From assembly GCA_004022145.1 (NCBI GenBank), contig RCNU01000006.1: a stretch of DNA of 64,000 nucleotides; one strand, given 5' to 3'. Below, piece after piece: positions 24,611-38,845 of this stretch; position 1 is the first letter of the stretch; each line of letters opens with the position of its first letter. The DNA comes from Paecilomyces variotii. Its lineage: Eukaryota. The notes beneath the pieces are model-generated. The model saw only the letters and a list, made by a program, of their open reading frames with translations, had not been told where the DNA came from and did not search any database. Both the position numbers and the translations under genes were made by a program.

Positions 24611-27600
24611 CGCAGTAGTGATATACGAGCAGCCAGTCAGTGAGCCCGAGCGAGTCTACCGGGGCCGGCCAGTGGGCTGATGGGCGGACACCATGGATTG
24701 AGTGGGGGGAGCAGTAGTAGTAGTAAGTATGGTATTATTATTACTTACTTAGTGGCTGCGGTCGAGATGCGATAACGAACAGGCCAGAGCGGAGGGCAAT
24801 CGACTCGATCGAACGGTCTAGGAGGCTCCGATCGGCCACACCAGACCGTGCGTTCCGCCGGGTGGGAACATGGGCGCTTTTGCCGCCTGAGCGCGTTCGG
24901 ACAGTACTTACTTTGTGTGTTTTTTTCATTATTATTATTGATGCTGCACGCTCGATGGCGGGGGATCTTCTGCCGTACCAGAATACGTTATGGTACGTTC
25001 TCCCCACTCGAGAAAAAGTCTGATAAGTAGGAACCGTGTCCTCGGGGTCTGGTTAACCGTGCTCTAGAGCAGTACTGGACGAGGGACGATGCACGACCAT
25101 AGATAGAGTAAGTCTGGTACTGCTAGACTATGGTACTGGTACTGGCACTGTGATATCCTCTATTCTATCTCCAATCCCCCAGGCTCATCCCCCTTCCCTC
25201 TGCCTCTCCGCCTCCTGCTGGTCTCAGGAGCAACTCGATTCTTTTCTTTTCCCCTCTGTAGGATAAGGTCATCGAACAAGACAGATAGAAGAAAACCTGT
25301 CGTCTCAGTGCGGTTGCACCGTCTTCCGATGCGTCCGGAAATAATGCCTAGCACGAGAGAGGCGGTGCTCCGGGAAACGGCGCTATCCTCGCCCCCCCAA
25401 AACCCACTCTGCCCGGCAGATAATACTAGTATTTCACTTAACCCTCTTCCAACTTTTGTCCTTTCGTTCCCGCCGGATGGTTCCCTGTTTTAGTCTCTGA
25501 CCATGGACGCTTGCACCCTAGTTTTTATCTATAATCCAACTCCATGACGTTCGAGCACAGTTGTTCCTGGAAGCGTGCCGTAGGAGTAGAGGACACGAAA
25601 TATTGACGGGTTTCCGAGACGGGATACGAGGTGGTCTACCCCGATCCGGACTTCCGTCTCCCCAGACAGCGGTTTGCAGTAATACTTTATTTTACGCGAC
25701 CGCAACAGAAAAAAAAAAATCAGCTCCCAGCAAGAAGGCAAGAAAAAGATCGAGCCTGGCAAGATTGGCTGAAACAGGAAAGCTCAAACCATGATGAAAA
25801 AGTATTGCCAAGCGCGATATCGCCAGGGATCATAATGGTGGTGGTATATGGTATTGCATATCCGCCAATGAATGCACGGATCGTCCTGGTAGAGTTGCGC
25901 CCGTTGAATTTGCCACACCCCAACCACCATCCATCATCGACTCCACCGCGTTCTCGCCTACGGTAGAGGATTCCCATGAAACACAAACTTACTCCTCAAG
26001 GACCCTGGTTGTGAATCGTGATATACCAAAGTCAGTGGAGCTGCTCTCCATTCATAGTTCGTTTTTTCTGACATTCGAGATACCAGAGACCATTGCACCA
26101 TTGCACCAAGCCAAAGAACCCCTGCTGAAACTCTCCTTATTCAGTCTCGCCATATACCATATAATTCATCACTGCCATTGCCCTGCTGCCGGCGCTTACT
26201 AGCACGGATCCTATTTCCAAGGCGAGAATTCTGGTCCCAGCGCCTGCCGCCCAGATGCGACCGCTAACTATGTAGTACGTTTGAGCACAGCACGGTTATG
26301 TTATGACCTCTTGCGCCATCATGGGCTGAGTGCATGCTTCGACTCAGGACCAGATCGACTGGTTCCAACTTTGACGTGAGATGACACTTGGACTAGGTAC
26401 GGATGCTTCGGGAGACCTCTTGGTCAAACAGATGCCCTGAGAGATAGATAGATACATCTCCTATCGCCAGTTTCATTCGACTGGCCGAGAATATCCTGAT
26501 AAATTCTACCATAGTACCATAATACTCTACGCGCCATGGCACCAGGTGCATGACGTCAGGAAGGGCTTATCAAACTGCTGAAGCAGCTTCTCATGCCATG
26601 AGTTGAGAGTGGATCTTGCAGCCTTTTGGCGCGGTGGCGCGTGGCTTGCAGCCCTCGACCGGCGAACTAATGTACACCCGTCCACACAGAATGCTCCGGG
26701 ACGGCATGATGGCAGCTCTCCGGACGTTCTCGGTGAACTCGACCGGCCCCCTCGAGTATCAGATGTGATATTTGAGATAATTTCATTTCAGATATTTGCC
26801 TTTCGTCTCCCGATCAGATCAGATCAGATCAGCATCAGACTGTCTCTTGATCAGAGTCGCCAAAACCGGACGGACAACGGATGTAACAGCAAGGCATAAA
26901 CTAGACAGGCGATATGAAAGCAAATTTGCAGCGACCATCGGCTGACGTGCATTGATCCCTCTGCCTCGCGTCACCGTGCAAAGCCCTTGTGCTGCGAGGC
27001 CGGATCGTTGCCACCTGATTGAGGCCCTGACGATAGAGAAAGCGTTAGGTAAGATGGCGAAATATGGTAAATCACAGCCCGTGCAAGGAGCATTGACGAC
27101 GCTGGTGCCTGCGGTCTCGACCGCAACAGATATCCGGTACCTTTTACCTAGCGTGAGCTGACAGTTGAAACTTGAGGCTCATCAGGGCCTGCCTAGTATT
27201 ATTATTAATTATGCTTTTGTGTAGAATTACAAGAAAGAACAGAGAAAGAAAAGAGAGAGAAAAACCTTCACTGCGGGACGGATAGCTTCAGTCCGGCCAG
27301 TAGACGGCGCGGGCTGTTCCTCCGGGCGCTAGTGCCGACTCCACCGGTTCCCTGGGGGTGTGGAGAAGTTTTGCTGTACTCCGTATGTTGCCCACGGGGT
27401 AACTAGCAGTACGGTTTTAGTACAGTACACCAGCATTGCTATAACTGGAGACGGTTCGTGTCTTATCAAACCATACTGGCGCTCTGTTCACTTCCTCCTG
27501 GCAAATTAACAAGTACATTTCGATATAGTTTCTGCGCACCGTGCCCTTATGGACCCATCTTTGAAGTACTAAGAATATATGCTTAGCCGTGTCCGCCAAG

Positions 27601-30600
27601 GATCATGGTGACACTTACCCTTTTCGGTAATAGTGTCTGTGCGGCACCAACGCCGTAGCCATACAACAGTGGACGGAGCGCTCTATATACAAAACTACAA
27701 CAGATGTCTCAATTCGAGCTCCGGTGAAGAAGGATTCTGGACTTGGATTCTGTTCAATGTTGTGTGCAATTTAACTTTCCACCCCGGTCTGTCGCATCGC
27801 TTCCCCGCCTTGAAGGAATACTCTCCTGTGTGCGCCTTATCAGCAAGAGCGGTGAATGCTCTGCCACGGGACATAGCTTCGCGGTCCAAAGCAGAGCTGC
27901 AGCAGGGAGTACAAGCTTCCAGGGTCCAACGGGAGCTCTGGAACAGAACTGCGGCAGGGATTGGGTGAAGTAGGCGACACCTCCCGTGGGCAACCCCTCC
28001 ATCTTTCTCTCTCTCGCAGGACGCCTCCACCGAATGAGACTCCCCAGACACACGCTACTCTCCCAACGGGATATGGAATTTCTGTCTGTCACATAGGAGA
28101 GTTCACAAAACGCGGTCTCGATTTTCGAATACCTGGACGGGAAATCCTGCTCACCGGATCCGGGGCCCCTCAACCCCAGAAAATTCGTTCCGGCCGGACC
28201 GGCAGACTGAAGACGCATGTATGACTGTTGCACAGTCGACAGCAATCTCACAGTATCTTGTGAATTGCTGAGAAACCGTCACGGTTCCCATATGGATCAT
28301 GCAGGGAGAATCTGTTACAGTGATCATTTAGTCTATCCACGAGTCCACATCTCCAGGTGGAGACAGGCGCCGCCAGGTTTCGCCCCTTTACACTCAAAAG
28401 GTCGCACGATCTGTGCATTTTCATACCCCGCAAAGGCAGCCTGGTGTGCAACATAGTTGGCTCTCATCACCTTAAGGGTTCAGCGCCTCCTGCACGATCC
28501 AAGGGGGTCAAGCACGCCGCCAACGGCAATGGCTTGCCAAGCAGACTGAACATTGACCTGATGGGCTATTTTCCACGATAGCCGCGCATGGAGACTCGGA
28601 GCTCCTGTGGTTGGATCCTAGGGTCTCGACAATAATCTCGACAATTTTGACTGTTACATCCCCCTGCACTCAGATATTTCCCAACAGTTATCAAGCCGGT
28701 CCAATCATGTGCGCGGAACGGCTAGTACTTCGGTACAAAGCACGGAGACATGAGGAATTGTTTCGGACGCACCGTTTGAATCTTCCTGCTCCGATAGGTA
28801 AGTGATCTGAATACACGAGAACATAAGATAGTCACAGATTAGTCCTTATTATCGCCGTCTATCATCCTTAACGTTCGACGGTTTGCATTCAGATATTCAG
28901 GGATAGCATTATTTTACATTATTTACAAGTCAGCGGCTTTGAAGTTCGTCTTCGCGCCCGAGTCCGGCCACGGCCTCATTCTCGTCAAGTCATCATAACC
29001 GAAAGACCCGCGGACGTCACCATTTGTCGCTCAGATATCAAACCAGGAGAGTGCTATTTTGTCGCCGTTTTGCTCTACTCTACAATACCATATGTCTGTC
29101 TTTGAAACTTTGAACTACTTTAGCGAAATCGGGGATGCATACGACAATTATGTATAGTTGAGGGCCCACCGTTGTCATAGCGGCGGGGGCGAAGTCTTAG
29201 TAGTAAGTTAGTAGGCAGATGGCGCCCATGGGGCTGTCTCAGCTTAGCGCCGTGAGCTCTAACTAAGCAGTTGTTCAATTAACTATCACCACCTTGCTTT
29301 ATGCTTCGATGGGAGTTCTATATCTACTTTCGGGATCTTTTTAATCTAGATGTACTGCTGCAGATATCTGCAGACTCACTGTGTAACTGACAGTTATGAC
29401 AATTGAATATATGCAAGGCTAACAATGTACTGTACAGTATCTTATCTTCCTCACGCCCTTTGTTCTCCTCGACACTCAAAATGATCATTGGTCTAACGAC
29501 GCATCCCTACGGAGAAGGTTCAGGCTTAAGCTTACTGCAGGTTGCACTTGTGTACGAGCAACTCGTAGCTAGCACCAGCAGAAGTAAACATCTGCTCTAT
29601 CGACGGCACAATTGGCTCTCCAGCAACTGAGGGGGGAAACGCGCGCCGCACCGGCGTCTTGGCGCACAGAGCGCGACGGCAGCACGAAGCGGCCGTGTCG
29701 CGGTCCAGCCCCGGCCATCGTCCTTAAATAGCGATCGGATCGACCACACAGACCCTACGGCACGGTCGCCAAAACCAAGGCAGACGGCGTTTCTGCTGCC
29801 TTGTTTTCTGGCCTGACCCCATGTCATGGACATGGTTATCATACTCGAGGAATTCTCGGGAGACCTTCATGCATTCCCCCCTGCGGACCAGTGTGCTCCT
29901 TGTCTGGTGGGTTGGTGGTAGCCCTGCATGAGAGACGTTCGAAAAGCGGAGAGATTTTTTTTCATTTATTGCGGGATGCATTGATTTTGTGAATTCATCT
30001 GGGGATGGGAAGTACACTATCTTCCCCAGTGTCTGTGAGATGGGATTCCCGAGAGAATCACGCGAGCTAACTAAGTAGTTTACCTCACCTGCTACGGAGA
30101 TATCACTGTGGTCAATGACATCTGACATAGACTATGCTAGTCGTGCTACAACGACAGACGAATGAGTAGTCGAGAATGGAAGATCCTTGTTGAAGAAAAA
30201 TTCAGACGCCGTTTCCGCCTTGACAGTTGATAATTGACAGTTGATATCCAGAATGAGGTCGGTTTGAGTATTCGACTTGCACTGACAATTCTTCACTGGT
30301 ATCCTCAGTAGTGAGTACGTCATGAAACCTGCATCTGGTGAACATTGAAAGAGGGGCAGTCTCGCTCTCGAAGGCGGTTATCCCTGATGTGGAATGCGGT
30401 CGGACATTTCACAGATACGCACTGTCGCTCTCGATGCAGCTTTTCGCGTGACGGTTGGATACCTGGTTGCAGCCTGATCTCCCTCGTCTCTGTTTCCCAT
30501 ATTTCGATCTCGACGGCGGGGTAGATGGCGGGGTTCTCCATATCTGCTCTACTTTCTGTTCGCTTTCTGCGTGCTGTTTCTCGCGCATTGCTTGCGGGGT

Positions 30601-31982
30601 GCAGTCGATCTTATCGTCGCCCTGCCAACTCATGGCTCAGAAATTGTCCGAGCAGACCGTTCGTGATGGGGAGATGCACGGTCCTCGCCGGACTGGATGC
30701 TAAGCAGTCTATCTACATCGTCAGCCACTGAGGAATGTTTATCAGAGCATGATCCTCCACCTTTTGCAACGGAGGGTCGGGATACCTTCGCGGTCTGATA
30801 ATGGTCCGGGGTTTGCCATGTGCAAAACGAGTGCCTAGAGTATGCACGCTTAACCTGCCACTTACTTTCATCACGCCATCAAGTGATGTGCTGCTGTATG
30901 CCACTTGCACAGGCTGCTAGTCGCGATAACCGTAACTATACACTGCACATGCCTATAATTGCGGGCTATATTGCAGTCCATCACGACTCGGTCTCCTTAG
31001 TAATTCGATAATATCTCTCGGACCTCGTCGCGCTGAGGGGAATCTCCAAACCAACGGTCTAGGCCTGGACATCTTGTCGATCCTGTCAGATTCGTCGCGA
31101 TGGATGACCTTCTTGCACCATGTGTGCGTGCGCATCTGCTGCAACTAAACACCGCACAGTACATACAGTACAGTTGAAAGGCTCCCCTCCCTTGACAATG
31201 ACAATGCTTATTCTCCAATCGGCCCCCAAATGTCTACCTACGGGCCAGTTTAACATGTACAGTACCGGTCGAAGAACACAATATTGCCCTACTTCCGTTA
31301 TCGGCCCGCATAACCTTGCCTACTTGGCCGACGGGCTGACTCGAGAGGTCTTGACCTGATCTTGTGCCGAGAAGAAAAGAAATACTGTACACATGCATGG
31401 ATGGATGCATCTATCTTACTGTCTGGTTGTCTGCTATACGCCGTACAACGGCCGCTGTACAACTCGTGCGACCGGAAGTCATCTCTGATTCGTCCTCTCT
31501 TGCACCATTCCTTGCTATCAGATGAAGACCCTTGTTCATTCCACTGAACTCGGTAATTGATGCCGGTGAGGGTTGAGAACAAATTCGTTCTCTCCGTCTT
31601 TTCGATATACGTTGCCACTTGCTGAGTTGTTCGGTTGCACGGGTTTCTCTTTTTATTTTGACTATAGAAATTTGTGAAATAAGAGTTTTTGGTCTATGTC
31701 GCAATACTACTGCCCACTTTTTTTATTTTCTTTTTTTTTTTTTATTTATTTATTCGCGTTATATAATACTTCAGTTGTAAAAACCCACTCCCAAAGACGG
31801 AGTTCATAGCAGAAAGAAAAAGAAAAAGAAAACAAAAAGATTAAAAACCACCAACCTGCAGAAAATTCCAGTGCAGATCATATACTTATCACCCGTGCCC
31901 AGTTTTTCTTCTCTTCCTTCTCGAATCTAAACCCGTAAAGAGACATTAGAGTTATCACCATTCTTCCCGTCCTGTTTATCGT

Positions 31983-31984
<2 letters not shown>

Positions 31985-32017
<33 letters not shown>
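31985..32017. repeat. Poly(T)33 tract
   Basis: Directly visible homopolymer; further T/A tracts at ~31717-31750 and ~31810-31840. Confidence 0.9.
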
Positions 32018-32021
<4 letters not shown>

Positions 32022-33432
32022 CCGCCCGACCCGATAGGTAACTACCTATCCATCCTGCGATCCATCTATCTATTTCCCTCCCCTTCCTACTTCTCTTCTC
32101 TCTTCTTCTCTTTTTATCCCTTGTCTACGGTATGGTATATTTCTAGACTCTCAACAATGCTCAGTTAGACCTAGGCTTAATTGAAACTCGACCTCGACTT
32201 CCAAGTTAGACCTAGAGTTTGATTTACAGCGAGGTAGGTAGAGAGGCAGAGACTTACTTGGCTGGCTCCGATAAATCATCTGATCAGAAGAACATTTACC
32301 AGGATTTTCTCGTCACCGCTCTTTCGCGGAAACGTCAACCTATCATATTAAAATCTATCGGTACTTGTAGAATAGAATAGAATGGGATTAAACTAGGCCA
32401 TCGATTGCATTCGTGATTGGGAACTTCAACCAAGGATGGAATTGATACGAGTCAGGTGCAAGGGTTTTCTCGTATGATAATAGGTATGGATGCATGGTGC
32501 GATAATTATCTCATCTCGTCCCGGGTTCTAGGGCTTGAAATGTTTTGGCTTTTACTTTTTTTTCTTTCTATGGCAGAGATTGAATCTATTTGAAAAGATA
32601 GAGACAAGAAGGGGGGGCTTTTAGATCTGGATTTTTATACGGACAGTGCAGATATATGTAAATTGATCGATAGATAACTAGTTATCAATCTAATAGAAAA
32701 TCCCAAAACCACGTCTCAAAAACAAGTTACCTCTTCCATTTTTTTATTTCATCCCCATGTTAAAGCCAAGACGAAGGCAAGCGCCCATCCTTCATTCATT
32801 CATTCACAATCACGCGAGAATTATACGATGGTCAGAGCCTCGTCGGGTGCGGAAGGGGGTAAGCGGATAAGCGAGCGAGTTTTAATGGGTTCCCCGATGG
32901 TTATGGATATTATTGCTACTTATTACAACTTGCAGTTTTTTCTTTAGTTTCTATATTTATAGTTAGGAGTTATAGTTAGTTGGGATTTATATAGGTGTAG
33001 ACATAGAAATAGGAGTAATTTTATTACCTGATTCTTATATAGCTTTGTAGGTTTTATTCTGTAGAGATAGGTTACCTAGGGAGGAGTACTTTTTTTTTTT
33101 TTACTAAGAAGATAGTTTTTATCGAATATTAATATATCGCGAGTTTAGTATAATTTTATAACATACTGTAAATACTGATAGTAACATAGAATAATTATAG
33201 AGTATAGTTATTGTTTTATCTATACTGATTATTCCTCCTCTGGAAAGGTATTACTTTACATTGGAACCATTGTCTAACTTCTTTATTGTGTATTATTCTC
33301 TTCTGTCTTGTCTTAGAGGGTAATGACTTTCCTTTTTCTTTTTGTAATTCTATCTTCTCCTTAGTGTAGTTGTTATTAATCTCTTATTTCCATTATCCTT
33401 TTCTTATTATTTAAGACATTTTAGTGCTTTTA

Positions 33433-33563
33433 TGTTGGAGCCCCCCTCTGGTAGTCTATGCTGGGCGCCCCTTTGCACTGGCGATTATATAACCAGGAGA
33501 TCCTATATAGGATTCGCCGGCTTCTTAGTTAGTAATTAAGCAAGCTTCTTACTACTTCCTTTA
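33433..33563 (+). repeat. 5' LTR of the Copia element
   Basis: Aligns ungapped with 38715-38845. Confidence 0.95.
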
Positions 33564-36500
33564 GATTATATTGCCCTTATTTAAATCCCCTAGCTATAGC
33601 TATAATTACCTGTCATATAATTATTTTAAATTAACTAATTAATTCTATAGAATCTAATTATCTATATATTGATTTTTTAGTATCTAATTCTATTATAAAT
33701 TGGTAGTTTTACTAATTATATAAATATTAAAAATTTTTATCTAAATCTAATTAGAGAGGCTTAAACCCCTATTTTTAAGGGGAGGTCTAAATAATTATAT
33801 TATTATAAACTATAATATAATTACCTAATATAGTCTCTAGATACTAGACTATTTTATAAAAGTTGCTGGATATTATTTAGAGACTAATATTAATATTAAT
33901 ATCTTTTAAAAAAGGCAAATAAAGGGAGTAAGGCCTCTCTACCCTTAAAGAATTCCTATTAATTCTAAAGACTTTATAAAGAACTAGGGCTATAGCTGCT
34001 AAAATCTATAACTCTATAAAATTAGAAGAATATACACTAAAAGCTTAATTATTTAAAAAAATTAGGCTCTAGAGCTAAGTAATTATAGTAATTAAATACT
34101 AAGAGACTATCCCTATTCTTATAGATTTATCTTTAGTTATAAACCCTCTATATCTTTTAAATCTTATATCTATAGTTATTTAATATAAACTTAAGCTATA
34201 GGAACTATAGGAAATCTATCCCTATATTAATAAATTAGAATAGAGGTAGTATTTATACTACAATAATAAGGATATATAAACTAATTTTATAGCGAGGATT
34301 ATAAATAGAAGATATAGATCTTAATAAATACTAGCTTCTATAGCCCGCTAATACCCTATCTAATAAATAAACTAAATAAGCTTTAAGACTAAAGCTAAAA
34401 TACTATAAAAGTAAATTAATAATACTTTTAAATAATAGAAGATCCTTATCTTATAAGAGAATAATATAAATTTTAATAAATAAAGCTAGTAATTTAAACT
34501 AGCCGCCAATAATATAAATATTAAAGACTTAGATATCTTATAATAATAAACCCCTCTGCGCCTATTTATCTAGTAGTGGAAAATAGTCTAAGCTGTTATA
34601 TAGAGCTAGTTTATAGCGCTGCTTAATACAAGGATCCTAGATGCTATATAATTTAAGGAATATAATATAGTTATTAAGATCTAGCTTAAACTAAACAAGA
34701 GGTTTAGTATAGCTAAGTTAGTTTAAAGGGTAAAGCTATCCTAACAGCTATTTAAACTGATTAATCTACTTATATTAATGCTTATAAATACTGTCTTTGC
34801 TAAAAGCAAGCAAATCTTAAGCAAGCTTAATAAGCTTAAAATTAATTTAAAAGATATTGTCTATAACTAGTAAATTATATATATTATAAGATAGACTCCT
34901 AAGTAGGCAATTAATTGCTTTAAGGAGTTTTATAATACTAGTATAATTGACTAGTTAGATATTATAAATCTAGATATATAAGAGGTATTACTAGACTTAA
35001 TCTAGTATAAGAAAGCTCTAAGCAGTATTAAATTATTGTAGAGGCAGATTGCTACTACCTTTATTATTGCTTCTAATATAAGATTAACTTAATGCAGATT
35101 TAATATTATGAATAGATCTAATATTGCGAATAATTTAAATGCTACTAGTATATTTATAGAATTAAAGTAAATAATTATTTAAATCTCTAAACTCTGTAGT
35201 TTTTATAGTAAGGGCTATTATATAGCTAAAGAATATTAGTTAGCTTACCTTAAACTATAACCCCCCTTTAAATATTAATAAGGGCAATATAATAGAAGCT
35301 CTAATATAAATCTTAATCTTAATACTATTATTTTTTCCTAGACTATCTTTAAAATTAATAATATATCTACTTAGCTTAAGGCTATACTTATAAATAAGCT
35401 GGCGGTAGGAAATTAGATATTAGATATTAGCTCTAAAGCTTATATAACTACTTAGAAAGATATATTCTTTAGCTTTATAGAAATGAAGTTTTCTACTATA
35501 TTCTTTAAAGGTATATATAAGGAAAGGATCCTATTTAAAGAAATTAGTAATATATTAGTTTAGTTTAATAATGTCCTATTATTTATTAAAGATATCTATT
35601 ATGCTCTTAGAATAAATAATAATATCTTATCTTTTGCCCTATTTAAAGAATAGGGCTATTAGATTTAAATAGGGCTAGATAATAATTATTTTAATATAGA
35701 GATACTAAAAAGAAGTTAATTTTATAGAAAATAAATTAATAGGGAATACTAATATCTTATACTGCCTGCTTATCCCCTTATATAGGAGAAAGTTTATTAG
35801 GCTATTCTTATTACTACTAGAAATAGTAGAAGAGAGAATTTAGCTGTTTAGGAAGCTAATTCTAAATTATTAAAGCTACTAGCTCTATATTAAGTTTTAT
35901 AATCCCTAGTTAAATAATATTATATTCTTGCTTATCTAAACCCTATAAATATTATATGCTTAATATATAACCTACTCTCCGGCATTAAGATTAAAGGATT
36001 TAAAGATCTCTTATTCTATAATATCTATAAATAAGCTAAAATTATAAAGCTTATATTATAGAGACTTATACTATAGGCTATAGTATCTAGCAGATAGCTT
36101 TATATAGATATAATTAGTGGCAGGCGCACCCTAGACTATAAGTTAGATAAGGCGCTTCTAAGCAATATTAAAATAAGATATATATTACTTATTATTAATA
36201 ATACTACCTAATATTACTAAGTATATCCTATATTAAATAGAGCCTACCTATTAAACTAGGTTTATTTTATTATAGAATATATCTACTCTCTAGGCTTTAC
36301 TATTACTTATTTTAGGTCTAATAATAAGCTCTATATAAATACTATTGCTGGCTATTATACTAATTACAGTATTATATTTAAATCTATTACAGCCTATACT
36401 TCTTAGTAAAATAGTATTAGTAAATGTGCTATTAGGATTATTATAGAATAAGCTAGAGTTATAGTTATTAACTCTAAGATACCGCACTCTATATAGGTAT

Positions 36501-38714
36501 ATACAGTTAAATATGCTGTGCACATCATTAATAGGGTGCTAACCTCTATACTATTGTTTAACAACTGTACGCCAGGAGCAATATTATAAGATTAGGGTAT
36601 TAAACCTATTAAATAGTAAGTCCCTATCTAGGCCTAGCTAAACTACCCTATAGCTATATTTAATTTGCATAGATATAGGGCTCTAAGATATTATTTACTA
36701 ACTAGACCTAAAGCCCTAATATATAAGCTTACCTTAAAGGTAAAGCTAGCTAAATTTGTTAGTATAGCGGATAATAGTAATATGCTTATATAGGATCTTA
36801 TTAGTAAATAAGTAGTAAGAATATTATATTTTAATATAGACAATATTATAGTAGCTAAACTAAAGAGCTTTAAATTATGTATAATTAAGCTGGCTATTTT
36901 ATTAATGCTATAGGCACTTATTAAATGTAGAAGTTAGGTATTATATATAGGGGAGAAAGAACTAGATAATGAGAATCTTACTATAATCTAGTATAGGCCT
37001 GTTAATTTAATAAAGGTCTATACTATCTCTTTTAAAGAGGAGTAGAGTATTCTGTATTTATTTAAAGCTGCTATAACTAGCCCTAAAGCTATTTAATAAT
37101 AAGCAGCTATAAGAAAAGAAATTAATTTATTAATATAGTAAAAGTGCTAGTATTTAGTCTGGAGAGATAAACTCCTCTCTAGCATTTATCCTATACCTAG
37201 GAGATAGGTATATAAGAAGAAAGAAGCTCTAGATAGGTTAATTATTTATAAAGCTTATTAGATAATCTATAGGAATATCCTAAATAATACTATATTTAAT
37301 ATAATTACCTATGCGCTGGTAATATCTGCTGCTATTATTAATATCTTATTTACCTATATAGCTTATTATAGATAAGTAATATTATAAGTAAATACTATCT
37401 AGGTATTTCTAAATAGAAAGCTATATTATAATATTTATATGCTCTAGCCTATAAGCTTCTAGGAAGATAAAAAGGAAGTTTTAGTCTGTAAATTAGATTA
37501 AGCTCTTTATAGCTTAACTCCCTTAGTAAAGATATAATATAATATCTTTGTAGAATATTTACTTAGTGCTAGCTTCTATATCTCCCTATATAATCTATAT
37601 CTATAGATTTTATTTATTACAAAGTATATGTTTATTATAACCTATATTAATAACTTTAATATTATTACTCCCTTAGAGAAAACAGCTTAAGAGGTCTTAA
37701 AGGGCATCTCTAAGTAATTCAAGATAAAGAGCCTAGGTCTAGTTAAATATTACCTAGGAATAGAGGTCTTGCGCGGTAATAGGGTAATTTAACTTACTTA
37801 ATCTAGCTATATATATAAATTTATCTAATCTTTCAGATAAAAAGATTTTAGCTATATTAATACTCTTCTAGATTTAAAGCTTTAAATTAATAATAAGCCT
37901 ACTCTAGAAATTAATATTAAAGAATACCAGTAAAGTATAGGATGCTGCTAATAATTAATAATAAAGACTTACCTAGATCTAGTAAAGGTAATAAGTCTAC
38001 TGGCTGAGTAAAACACTTATCTAATGCTAAAATCCTATACTGCTTTAAAGTATATTATATGCTATTTATAATAAATAATTAACTATAATATAATCTACTA
38101 TAAAGGTAATAGAGATATTAGCCTTCTATAAGCCTATTATAACTCTAATTATATTAGTAATATTAATATATACTTCTTTACCTCTAGATTTATTTTTATA
38201 TTTGCTAGTAAACCTATTTCTTAAAAAATTTATAAGCAAATATATATTATAATTAGCTCTAATAAAGCTAAATATATAGCAGTTTTTAAAGCTGCTAGGA
38301 AGGTTTAGTAGATATATTATTTAATAATTAATATAGGTATTATATAAGATAAGGGTCCTATTATCCTAAATATTAACAATAATAAGGCTTAAGATCTAAT
38401 TAAATTACTCTCTAGAACTAAGCGCTTTAAATATATTAATATATGCTTTTATTATATCTGTAATATATTAGCTTAGGGTATAATTAATATAAAGCATATT
38501 GACTCGGCCAATAATTTGGCTAACAATTTTATTAAAAGGCTTCTTATACTAAAGTTTAAGACTTAGCTTAAATAGCTTAGTTTAATTATAACTGTCTAAC
38601 ATCTCTAGATTACTGTTTATTTAACTATTTAAACTGCCTGCTTTCTAATTATTATTTATATTTAGAATCCTAGCTAGTTTTTAGCATTTCTCTAGTGCTT
38701 GATGTGAGGGGAGG

Positions 38715-38845
38715 TATTGGAGCCCCCCTCCAGTAGTCTATGCTAAGCACCCCTTTATATTAGCAATTATATGACCGGGAGATCCTATATAGGATTCACC
38801 AGCTTCCTAGTTAGTAATTAAGCAAGCTTCTCACCGCTTCCTTCA
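38715..38845 (+). repeat. 3' LTR of the Copia element
   Basis: Aligns ungapped with 33433-33563; preceded by the polypurine tract and followed by the TSD. Confidence 0.95.

Larger units (their letters stand above)
33433..38845 (+). mobile_element. Full-length Ty1/Copia LTR retrotransposon, inactivated by RIP-like C-to-T/G-to-A hypermutation
   Basis: 131-bp LTRs at 33433-33563 and 38715-38845 (consensus TG...CA); 5-bp TSD TTTTA at 33428-32 and 38846-50; polypurine tract GAGGGGAGG at 38706-14. Back-mutated motifs occur in Copia order: integrase (~36.1-36.5 kb), RT (IPGRWVYKKK ~37193, KALYGL ~37500, YVDD ~37643, YYLGIE ~37748), RNase H (SSxEAEY ~38254, KHIDI ~38428, NLADxFTK ~38512). Confidence 0.95.

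Noticed and set aside
36290-36523. 77-aa minus-strand ORF inside the Copia element
   Set aside because: Chance ORF in AT-rich RIP-mutated sequence, antisense to the decayed integrase.
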